Positions 54,143 through 62,011 of a DNA stretch of 62,011 bases are shown in pieces. Within the stretch, counting starts at the first letter, position 1; every line of letters begins with the position of its first letter. The translations under genes were made by a program, and so were the position numbers. Below the pieces are notes generated by a model, which saw only the letters and a program-made list of their open reading frames with translations, made no database searches and was not told where the DNA came from. Source of the stretch: an uncultured Alphaproteobacteria bacterium (lineage in GTDB: Bacteria > Pseudomonadota > Alphaproteobacteria > MPNO01 > UBA830); NCBI GenBank assembly GCA_913047365.1, contig CAJWUK010000002.1:1-62011 (forward strand), written 5' to 3'.

Positions 54143-54802
54143 ATGACCGATTTCAGTTCTTTACGCCGAACCATGGTCGATACCCAGCTTCGGACCAACA
54201 AGATCACGGACGAGCGGATTCTGACTTCAATGCTGGAAATTCCCCGGGAACTTTTCGTACCAGAGGAAAAGGCTCCACTAGCCTATATCGACGAAGATAT
54301 CCAACTAAGTGGAGGACGGTGTTTACCTGAGCCTATGATCATCGCCCGCCTCATTCAGATGGCGAAAATTTCATCCGATGACGTAGTGCTAGATGTAGCT
54401 TGCGCTACTGGATATTCGTCAGCCGTTGTTGGCAGGATTGCCACTGCAGTTGTGGCTCTGGACAGTCATGCGGAGCTTGCTGCCGCGGCGACAAAAAACT
54501 TGGCCAGCCTGGGTCTGGACAACGTCGTGGTGGAAACTGGGCCTATTGAGGCCGGATGGCCGGATCAGGCGCCGTTTGACGTCATATTGATCAACGGCGC
54601 GTGCGAAAAAGTTCCGGACGCCCTATTGGAGCAACTTTCCGACCGCGGGCGTCTTTGCGCGATAGACTGCGGGGGCGACGGTCCCGGTGTTGCCCGAATC
54701 TGGAACAAGACGGATGCTGTGGTTTCAAGCCGTGTCGTCTTTGATGCAAACGTGCCTCGTTTGCCCGAATTCAATCGACCGAGGAGTTTCTCCTTTCAAT
54801 GA
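54143..54802 (+). CDS. pcm: protein-L-isoaspartate O-methyltransferase
   Basis: 219 aa from MTDFSSLRRTMVDTQLR. R..F.P block and SAM motif VLDVACATGYSSAV. Conserved position before tolC in alphaproteobacteria. Confidence 0.85.
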   Translation: MTDFSSLRRTMVDTQLRTNKITDERILTSMLEIPRELFVPEEKAPLAYIDEDIQLSGGRCLPEPMIIARLIQMAKISSDDVVLDVACATGYSSAVVGRIATAVVALDSHAELAAAATKNLASLGLDNVVVETGPIEAGWPDQAPFDVILINGACEKVPDALLEQLSDRGRLCAIDCGGDGPGVARIWNKTDAVVSSRVVFDANVPRLPEFNRPRSFSFQ

Positions 54803-56172
54803 GCTGTATGACGAAAATAGGCGTGATAGCCGTGGTCGCCGCTACAGTCGGGATATCGGGACCCGTATCAACTCAAAGCCTCGAAGAAACACTCGTCCGA
54901 GCTTATGAAGGGAACCCGACACTTAAATCTGAAAGGGCCCGGTTGAGGGCGACAGACGAGCGTGTCCCTCAGGCCCTTTCCAACTGGCGTCCGACGATAT
55001 CGGTTTCCGGCAGTTATGGCTGGGAACGAAATGATGCGACGACGACCGGGCCGCAAGCGAAGGAGGCGGATATTACAGAGCCGCTCTCCGGGTCACTGAC
55101 GATTAGGCAGAATCTCTACCGCGGCGGGCGAACCAGCGCCGCAACGAAGGAAGCGGAAAACAACGTTAAGGCCGTTCGCTCTCGGGTATCCGTAGTAGAA
55201 CAGTTGGTCCTTCTGAGCGCGACAACGGCTTATGCGGATGTAGTCCGCGATCAGGCAGTTCTGGAACTGAATAATAACAATGAGCGCGTGTTGCGCAGGC
55301 AACTGGAAGCAACGCGGGACCGTTTTCGCGTTGGAGAGGTAACGCGGACAGATGTGTCTCTGGCGGAATCTCGGTTATCTCGGGCCCAGGCGGACCGGAT
55401 AGCCGCAGAGGGTAGTTTGACGGGATCCCGGGCATCGTATGAAAACGTTGTTGGTGTTGTGCCGGGCACTCTGAAATTAGCAAAGCCGCTGTCGGATCTG
55501 CCGAAAACGCTCGCCGAAGCCGTCGAACTAGCAAAGAAAAACAATTTCACCGTGCGTCAGACCCGTTTTATCGAGCGCGCGGCGGAAAACAATGTGCAGG
55601 AAGTCGCCGGGGAATTGCTGCCAACGTTTTCGTTAAACGGATCCCTGTCTACAACCGAAGAGGCCGTGAACCGAAAAAGCGATTCGCAGACCGTGACGGT
55701 TACCGCGCAAGTTTCGATGCCGTTGTATTCCTCTGGGAGCGTGGCATCCCGCGTTCGCGAAGCAAAGCAGGTGGTTTCTCAGCGGCGTGACGAGTTTAGC
55801 CAGGCGGTGCGTGATGCGACCGAAGCCGCAAGCAGTGCCTGGCAGGCATTGGAGACGGCGAGGGCGCAGATCCAGGCTTTTTCGGCGGCCGTCAAAGCGG
55901 CCGAAATTGCGCTCGAAGGCGTTCGGGAAGAGGCAAATGTCGGTTCACGAACGGTTCTTGATGTATTGGACGCCGAGCAGGAACTGCTGGATGCCCGCGT
56001 CGGGCTGGTCCGGGCGTTGCGCGATGAACTTGTTGCGACCTACCGGTTGCGACAGGCGGTCGGTGAACTGACGGCCCAAAAACTGGGTCTTCCGGTGGTA
56101 ATCTACAACGTTGAAACAAACTACCGACGTGTCCGAAACAAATGGTGGGGGCTGGGAATTGACAAGGAATAG
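54799..56172 (+). CDS. tolC: TolC family outer membrane efflux protein
   Basis: Signal peptide. SLEETLVRAYEGNPTL start of the mature protein, and two repeat halves with coiled-coil segments. ATGA overlap with pcm. Confidence 0.9.
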   Translation: MSCMTKIGVIAVVAATVGISGPVSTQSLEETLVRAYEGNPTLKSERARLRATDERVPQALSNWRPTISVSGSYGWERNDATTTGPQAKEADITEPLSGSLTIRQNLYRGGRTSAATKEAENNVKAVRSRVSVVEQLVLLSATTAYADVVRDQAVLELNNNNERVLRRQLEATRDRFRVGEVTRTDVSLAESRLSRAQADRIAAEGSLTGSRASYENVVGVVPGTLKLAKPLSDLPKTLAEAVELAKKNNFTVRQTRFIERAAENNVQEVAGELLPTFSLNGSLSTTEEAVNRKSDSQTVTVTAQVSMPLYSSGSVASRVREAKQVVSQRRDEFSQAVRDATEAASSAWQALETARAQIQAFSAAVKAAEIALEGVREEANVGSRTVLDVLDAEQELLDARVGLVRALRDELVATYRLRQAVGELTAQKLGLPVVIYNVETNYRRVRNKWWGLGIDKE

Positions 56173-56269
56173 GCGCAACTAGCCCGCGGCGTTTGTTTTT
56201 GTTTTCTATCCGTTAACCAAGTAACGTGAAGTCACGCTAACCAATTGCCTTAGTGGGGACCACCGGTCC

Positions 56270-56887
56270 ATGAGCGACCAGAATTCGCAACAAGAACCGT
56301 CAATGGAGGAAATTCTCGCCTCTATCCGGCGAATTATATCCGAAGACGTGGATGAAGAGGGCTCGGCGGCGGAAAAAGCCGTTGAGGCTTTTGAAGCGGA
56401 ACCGAAAATTGGTGACGAAACTATCGCCGATGATCTCGTTGCGGAAGAGTCGGAATATGAAGAAGAGGTCCTCGAACTTACCGACGAGGTGCAGGACGAC
56501 GGTACCGTCGTGAATTTAAAGACTGGTGAGACGCTTGACGAGGACACCCAGCAGACCGAAGAGGACGATCCACACCGGGAGACCGGACTGGTTGATGAAA
56601 TCACCACTTCCGCGTCGGCGGCTGTGATCGACGAACGTTTGGTTTCACAGACGGCGGGGATAGATTCTGTATCGTCGCTGTCGGCTCTGGCCGCGGCTGT
56701 AGATGATCACCGCCGCGCGTCCGATCCCAGCATCGGACCGCGGACAATAGAAGACCTGGTTAAGGAAGTGATGCGACCAATGATCAGGGAATGGCTGGAC
56801 GACAACCTGCCGGCACTAGTTGAACGCCTGGTTGGCCGAGAGATAGAACGTCTGACGCGGGAAGCGGAAGACATCTCGCAGCGCTGA
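56270..56887 (+). CDS. popZ: pole-organizing protein PopZ (DUF2497)
   Basis: N-terminus MSDQNSQQEPSMEEILASIRRIISED is nearly identical in pattern to Caulobacter PopZ. Acidic low-complexity linker, conserved C-terminal R.MIREWLDDNLP.LVERLV.REIERL. Confidence 0.9.
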   Translation: MSDQNSQQEPSMEEILASIRRIISEDVDEEGSAAEKAVEAFEAEPKIGDETIADDLVAEESEYEEEVLELTDEVQDDGTVVNLKTGETLDEDTQQTEEDDPHRETGLVDEITTSASAAVIDERLVSQTAGIDSVSSLSALAAAVDDHRRASDPSIGPRTIEDLVKEVMRPMIREWLDDNLPALVERLVGREIERLTREAEDISQR

Positions 56888-57003
56888 AACCGTCATTGCG
56901 CTCACCGAAGCGAAGCGCCATAAACCAGTTTCCAATTTAACTTAGGACAGGGCTGCGGAGATAGCATCGTGATCGCCGCGCGCGCCCGGCACGCCGTTCG
57001 ATC

Positions 57004-59676
57004 ATGACGATGGATAAGACCTACCGGCCTGACGAGGTCGAAGACCGCATTTACGAAAAATGGGAAGACGAAGGCGTCTTTGGCTGTGGCCACACCCGAA
57101 CCGGCGACGCGGGCGGTGATTCCTTCTCTATCGTCATTCCCCCGCCGAACGTTACCGGCAGCCTGCATATGGGGCACGCGCTGAACAACACGCTGCAGGA
57201 TATCCTGAGCCGGTTCCAGCGGATGCAGGGTTGCGATGTGCTGTGGCAGCCGGGCACGGATCACGCGGGCATTGCGACCCAAATGGTTGTCGAGCGCCAA
57301 CTGGCGGAAGACGGCAAAACCCGGCACGACCTGGGCCGCGAAGCCTTTATCGATCGCGTCTGGGAATGGAAAGCGGAATCGGGTGGTACGATAACCGGTC
57401 AGCTTCGTCGTCTGGGAGCTTCGTGCGATTGGTCACGAGAACGCTTCACCATGGATGATGGCTTGTCTGCAGCTGTCAGGAAGGTTTTCGTCACGCTGCG
57501 GAAGGAAGGCTTGATATATCGGGATAAGCGCCTGGTGAACTGGGATCCTAAGCTGCATACGGCGATCTCCGATCTTGAGGTCGAGCAGCGAGAAGTCAAC
57601 GGGAATCTCTGGTATTTCAAATACCCGATCGAAAACCAAGACGGAAAATTTATTACCGTCGCCACCACCCGACCCGAGACAATGCTCGGCGACACGGCGG
57701 TTGCCGTTCACCCAGAAGACGAACGATATACCGATCTGGTTGGTAAAAATGTGGTTCTCCCGATTGTCGGTCGGCTGATCCCGATTGTTGCGGATGAGTA
57801 TTCCGACCCAGAAAAGGGCTCCGGCGCAGTCAAAATCACACCGGCGCATGATTTCAATGACTTCGAGGTCGGGCGTCGGCATGAACTGCCCATGGTTAAC
57901 ATCTTCGATATTGACGCGAATATAAACAATGAGGCACCGGAACATCTTCGCGGACTGACCCGGGAAGACGCGCGTAAATGCGTGGTTGAGGAAATGGACG
58001 GCTTGGGTCTGCTGGACAAGATGGAAGACAACCCAATGACGGTTCCTTACGGTGACCGGTCCGGCGTTGTCATCGAGCCGCGATTGACCGATCAGTGGTT
58101 CGTTGATGCGGCGGTGCTGGCGGAGCCTGCCATTAAGGCCGTTGAAGACGGCAGTATCCAGTTCGTCCCCAAGCATTGGGAAAACACCTATTTCGAATGG
58201 ATGCGGAATATCCAGCCGTGGTGTATTTCTCGTCAGATATGGTGGGGGCATCAGATTCCCGCCTGGTATGGCCCGGATGGTGAAATTTTCGTGGAGCTTA
58301 CTGAGGAAGAAGCTCTCGCGGCTGCCGATGCCCATTACGGAAAAACAGTCGATCTGATCCGTGACCCCGATGTGCTCGATACTTGGTTTTCCTCCGCTCT
58401 ATGGCCGTTTTCGACACTAGGCTGGCCGGAAGAAACGCCGGAACTGGCGCATCACTATCCAACAAGCGTCCTGGTTACGGGTTTTGACATCATTTTCTTC
58501 TGGGTCGCCCGTATGATCATGATGGGTATGCATTTTCGCGATGGCGAAGTGCCGTTCCGCGATGTCTACATCCATGCCCTGGTAAGGGATGAAAAGGGTC
58601 AGAAAATGTCCAAGAGCAAGGGCAATGTTCTGGACCCGTTGGAACTGATCGATCAGTACGGCGCCGATGCGCTGCGCTTTACCCTGACCGCATTGGCGGC
58701 GCAGGGAAGGGACATCAAACTGTCAGCCGGGCGGATAGAAGGATACCGAAACTTCGTCACCAAGATCTGGAATGCGGCCCGGTTTACCCAGATGAACGGT
58801 TGTGCGCCTGTTGCCGATTTTAATCCATCCGCCGTTCAGCTGACGGTGAACAAGTGGATCGTCGGAGAAACCGCGAAAACTGGTGCCGATATCGTGGATG
58901 CCCTGAACGGCTACCGGTTCAATGATGCGGCGCAGGCGTCCTATCGTTTCGCATGGAACCAGTTCTGCGACTGGTATCTGGAATTCACAAAGCCTATCCT
59001 GCAGAACGGCGATGCGGCGGCCCAGGCTGAAGTCCGCGCGACGACATCGTGGGTGCTGGATCAGTTATTAAAGTTCCTGCATCCGATCATGCCTTTCGTG
59101 ACCGAAGAACTCTGGCTCCAGCTTGCGCCGAAAGGCGGCCGGGCCGGGATGTTAATCGATGCCGCGTGGCCTGATCTTCCGGATACGCTCCGCGCTCCCG
59201 ATGCCGAAGAGGAAATGAACTGGGTAACGCGGATTATTGGGGAGATCCGAACCGTCCGATCCGAGATGAGCGTTCCGCCGTCCGCTGAACTGCCTGTTTC
59301 CATCATCGGTGCGTCGGCGGAAACGGCAAACCGTGTAAATATCCACGAATCGCTGGTAATGCGCCTCGCGCGTCTGTCGGATATTGCGCTGACGAACGAG
59401 GTCCCGCCGGGTGCGCTACAGATTGTTGTTGATGAAGCGACGGCGGCACTACCGATTGGCGATTTCGTCAATGTTGAACAGGAAGTCGCGCGGCTGAACA
59501 AGGAGATACAGAAGATTGATTCCGAAATCGGCAAGATTAAGAAAAAGCTTGGGAACGATAATTTCTTGGCGAAAGCCCCGCCGGAAGTTGTTGAGGAACA
59601 GCGTGAGCGTGCCGCTGATTACGAGCAGTCGCGCACCAAATTTTCCGAAGCGTTGGAACGTCTTTCCAGTCTTTGA
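57004..59676 (+). CDS. valS: valine--tRNA ligase
   Basis: HIGH motif ([11 protein letters not shown]), KMSKS, CP1 editing domain, C-terminal coiled coil. 890 aa. Confidence 0.97.
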   Translation: MTMDKTYRPDEVEDRIYEKWEDEGVFGCGHTRTGDAGGDSFSIVIPPPNVTGSLHMGHALNNTLQDILSRFQRMQGCDVLWQPGTDHAGIATQMVVERQLAEDGKTRHDLGREAFIDRVWEWKAESGGTITGQLRRLGASCDWSRERFTMDDGLSAAVRKVFVTLRKEGLIYRDKRLVNWDPKLHTAISDLEVEQREVNGNLWYFKYPIENQDGKFITVATTRPETMLGDTAVAVHPEDERYTDLVGKNVVLPIVGRLIPIVADEYSDPEKGSGAVKITPAHDFNDFEVGRRHELPMVNIFDIDANINNEAPEHLRGLTREDARKCVVEEMDGLGLLDKMEDNPMTVPYGDRSGVVIEPRLTDQWFVDAAVLAEPAIKAVEDGSIQFVPKHWENTYFEWMRNIQPWCISRQIWWGHQIPAWYGPDGEIFVELTEEEALAAADAHYGKTVDLIRDPDVLDTWFSSALWPFSTLGWPEETPELAHHYPTSVLVTGFDIIFFWVARMIMMGMHFRDGEVPFRDVYIHALVRDEKGQKMSKSKGNVLDPLELIDQYGADALRFTLTALAAQGRDIKLSAGRIEGYRNFVTKIWNAARFTQMNGCAPVADFNPSAVQLTVNKWIVGETAKTGADIVDALNGYRFNDAAQASYRFAWNQFCDWYLEFTKPILQNGDAAAQAEVRATTSWVLDQLLKFLHPIMPFVTEELWLQLAPKGGRAGMLIDAAWPDLPDTLRAPDAEEEMNWVTRIIGEIRTVRSEMSVPPSAELPVSIIGASAETANRVNIHESLVMRLARLSDIALTNEVPPGALQIVVDEATAALPIGDFVNVEQEVARLNKEIQKIDSEIGKIKKKLGNDNFLAKAPPEVVEEQRERAADYEQSRTKFSEALERLSSL

Positions 59677-59887
59677 CGGGGCGTCAGGAATGACGTCGGG
59701 ACTCATCAGCGGATCCTAGGACATTTGGACGTTCTCGAAATCAGATCGGTAGGTTTATCAAAGATGACAGCCTCGCGGCTGCGGAAGACTTCGCCTATTT
59801 TCGGCTTATGAAGTCTTTGTCCTTTACCATTTTGCTTTTTACTCTGCCGGGATAAGTAGGCTAGGCGATAAAGGAGGACAAAGCGGT

Positions 59888-60787
59888 ATGAGCATTATCA
59901 GGATCGGCACATCGGAGCGGGGCGGGACCTTCTGGACCGAGGGCGAGGCCATTGCTTCCTTGGTTCAGCGGGAAACTGGCATCGAGTCCCAAATCCTGGA
60001 GGCTGGTCAGGCCAGTATCGAGAACGCAAGACGGCTGGATGAAGGCCTCATAGATCTTGCCTTCATGGCATCCAACTGGATTGGGCGGGCGTCGAAAGGT
60101 GAAATTCCTTTCGAGCATGAAATCGATATTCGCGTGGTTGCGCCGGCAAACGCGGGCGCGATGTTTTTTATTACCCGCGCGGACAACGAATTGCTGAACG
60201 TGCGTGACATGGTGGGCAAACGCGTTTCCATTGGGCCAAAAGGCAGCGGGATGGTGCAACACATCCATACGATATTCGGTGTGCTAGGTATTTCCTTCGA
60301 CGATTTCACGCCTGTCTATTTATCGTTCGAAGACGGCGGAAAAGCATTGGAAGCGGGAGATGTGGATGCCCAGTGGCAATGCCCGTATCCAAACGTAGTG
60401 ATGCGGGATATCAGCGAACGGACCGATGTCCGAGTGCTGGAGTACAACCCCGATGATCTTGCCGATCTCTTGAGGAGCGTTGATTTCTACCGACCGGCCG
60501 TCATGCCGAAAGGGTTTTTCAAAGGCGTGAATGCCGATACCGAGCAGGCTGCGGTAGTGAACATTATCGCTGCACACGCCCGATCGGATGCAGAGACCGT
60601 TCATGCCTTTGTGACTACTATGTTGAATAGCTTGGACGAGCTGGCGGAAATCAATCCGCTATTCATCGGATTGGGAGATGTCTTTGACCGCTTGAAGAGC
60701 GTTGGCGCATCCTCTCTAGAATTTGGGGGAACGGCGCTTCATCCCGGCGCTATCCAAGCGTACAGGGATGCAGGATACCTGTCCTGA
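59888..60787 (+). CDS. TAXI-family solute-binding-protein homologue without signal peptide
   Basis: TAXI blocks (IRIGTSERGGTF, GPKGSG, HPGAIQAYRDAGY). SD AAAGGAGGA. The N-terminus starts directly with the mature-domain block. No permease gene is adjacent. Confidence 0.8.
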   Translation: MSIIRIGTSERGGTFWTEGEAIASLVQRETGIESQILEAGQASIENARRLDEGLIDLAFMASNWIGRASKGEIPFEHEIDIRVVAPANAGAMFFITRADNELLNVRDMVGKRVSIGPKGSGMVQHIHTIFGVLGISFDDFTPVYLSFEDGGKALEAGDVDAQWQCPYPNVVMRDISERTDVRVLEYNPDDLADLLRSVDFYRPAVMPKGFFKGVNADTEQAAVVNIIAAHARSDAETVHAFVTTMLNSLDELAEINPLFIGLGDVFDRLKSVGASSLEFGGTALHPGAIQAYRDAGYLS

Positions 60788-60879
60788 TTGTTGGTGTCGC
60801 TGGTCGAATACAAACTAGGCAGGACCGTCCAGCGGGACTATTGTCCCCCGACTTTTGACTTTCCAGACAGGAGCTATCA

Positions 60880-62011
60880 ATGCCCGACGGGTCGGGCGTC
60901 GCAAAGGACGTCGCAAAGAAAGCCGCTTCGCTGAAGAAGCGCCGTTTTAACAAGAATAAGCTGCCCAGCCGGCATACGACAGTGGGCCCCGAACGGGCGC
61001 CGCATCGTAGCTATCTCTACGCCATGGGGCTGACCGAAAAAGAGATCAATCAGCCGCTGGTGGGAATTGCAACCTGCTGGAACGAAGCGGCACCGTGCAA
61101 TATTTCGCTGTCACGACAGGCGCAGGCCGCCAAGAAAGGCGTGAAGGCTGCGGGTGGGACGCCGCGCGAATTTACGACCATCACCGTGACCGATGGCATC
61201 GCCATGGGTCATGAAGGAATGAAATCATCGCTGGTGTCGCGGGAAATCATCGCGGACTCGGTTGAACTGACAATGCGCGGTCATTGCTACGATGCGCTGG
61301 TCGGCCTCGCAGGGTGCGACAAATCCCTTCCAGGAATGATGATGTCGATGGTGCGCCTGAACGTACCGTCGGTTTTCCTCTATGGTGGCACGATCCTCCC
61401 GGGCAAGTTTCAGGGCAGGGACGTCACCGTCGTCGACGTGTTCGAAGGCGTCGGCCAGTACGCGGCCGGCAACATGAGCGCCGCCGAACTGCAGGAACTG
61501 GAAAGCGTGGCGTGCCCGTGCGAAGGGTCTTGCGGTGGACAGTACACGGCGAACACAATGGCCTGCGTGGCGGAAGCCATCGGCCTCGCGCTGCCGACAT
61601 CTTCCGGTGCGCCCGCAGCATATAAATCCCGTGACGAAATGGTGCGGGCTTCCGGCATCGCGGTCATGGATTGCCTGGCAAAGAACATCCGCCCGCGCGA
61701 TATCGTGACACGGGAGTCGCTGGAAAATGCGGCGGTTGTTGTGGCCGCGACCGGCGGGTCGACCAATGCCGGTCTGCATCTTCCGGCAATTGCCCATGAA
61801 GCGGGGATCAAGTTTACACTGGATGACGTAGCGCGGATCTTCAAGAAAACGCCGTATCTGGCCGATCTGATGCCGGGCGGAAAATACACCGCGACCGATA
61901 TGTACCGCGCGGGCGGCGTACCGGTGGTCATCAAGGAACTGCTGGATAACGGTCTGCTGCACGGCGACTGCATGACTGTGACCGGGAAAACCCTGAAGCA
62001 GAACCATGCCA
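60880..62011 (+). CDS. ilvD: dihydroxy-acid dehydratase (5' 377 codons; runs off the window)
   Basis: The open frame runs from ATG 60880 (SD CAGGAG) to the window end. Contains SRHTTVGPERAPHRSYLYAMG, GIATCWNE, ITVTDGIAMGHEGM, and CDKSLPGMMM (Fe-S ligand region). Not in the ORF track because no stop is reached. Confidence 0.95.
   Translation, partial: MPDGSGVAKDVAKKAASLKKRRFNKNKLPSRHTTVGPERAPHRSYLYAMGLTEKEINQPLVGIATCWNEAAPCNISLSRQAQAAKKGVKAAGGTPREFTTITVTDGIAMGHEGMKSSLVSREIIADSVELTMRGHCYDALVGLAGCDKSLPGMMMSMVRLNVPSVFLYGGTILPGKFQGRDVTVVDVFEGVGQYAAGNMSAAELQELESVACPCEGSCGGQYTANTMACVAEAIGLALPTSSGAPAAYKSRDEMVRASGIAVMDCLAKNIRPRDIVTRESLENAAVVVAATGGSTNAGLHLPAIAHEAGIKFTLDDVARIFKKTPYLADLMPGGKYTATDMYRAGGVPVVIKELLDNGLLHGDCMTVTGKTLKQNHA

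Noticed and set aside
1-62011. CRISPR arrays, rRNA genes, IS elements with terminal inverted repeats, prophage structural genes
   Set aside because: Reading both strands, I found no regularly spaced direct repeats, no rRNA-like sequence, no transposase-like ORFs and no capsid/tail/terminase-like ORFs. The only mobility relic is the integrase fragment at 40532-41131.

Overview
This is a 62-kb chromosomal segment. The conserved pcm-tolC-popZ(DUF2497)-valS block at 54.1-59.7 kb points to an alphaproteobacterium. By eye, GC is roughly mid-to-high 50s %, with several clearly AT-richer blocks. I can support about 55 protein genes, 2 tRNAs (Asn-GTT, Cys-GCA) and no rRNA or CRISPR.

Content by region:
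- 0.3-21.9 kb: a dense catabolic region. It holds a GMC oxidoreductase, a 3-hydroxyanthranilate-dioxygenase-like cupin plus RidA, a CmcJ/NvfI-type oxygenase, a TRAP QMP transporter, a PaaK-like and an AMP-dependent CoA ligase, three amidohydrolase_2 enzymes, an MBL hydrolase, an acyl-CoA dehydrogenase, a Xi-class GST and an ACAD-fold monooxygenase. A Zur-box-preceded COG0523-DUF1826 pair interrupts it.
- 22.3-29.3 kb: one long minus-strand array, AKR-small ORF-sseA-metC-COG0523(His-rich)-[ModE box]-modABC.
- 30.5-35.6 kb: a copper-handling cluster (CopD-like, MoxR-VWA, DUF2946, two PCu(A)C) next to a second HAAO+RidA pair.
- 36.1-40.1 kb: an AT-richer dienelactone-hydrolase and TAXI-TRAP block.
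- 40.3-44.8 kb: a 4.4-kb islet integrated in tRNA-Asn. It is bounded by a 43-bp direct repeat and carries a frameshifted, truncated integrase plus a three-gene cargo (polytopic LtaS/EptA-like AP-superfamily transferase, a 64-aa membrane peptide, and a 478-aa two-domain SAM methyltransferase). This is the most interesting part of the window.
- 45.0-53.7 kb: a second TauD, a gentisate-dioxygenase-like bicupin, MscS, and an MFS-PaaK-like-ACS operon plus an LLM oxidoreductase.
- 54-62 kb: housekeeping genes (pcm, tolC, popZ, valS, a leaderless TAXI homologue, ilvD 5' part).

I could recognise no transcription factor gene anywhere in the window. All family calls come from motif recognition by eye, with no database search run. 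Start codons were chosen from SD-like sequences and typical family lengths and are less certain than stops.
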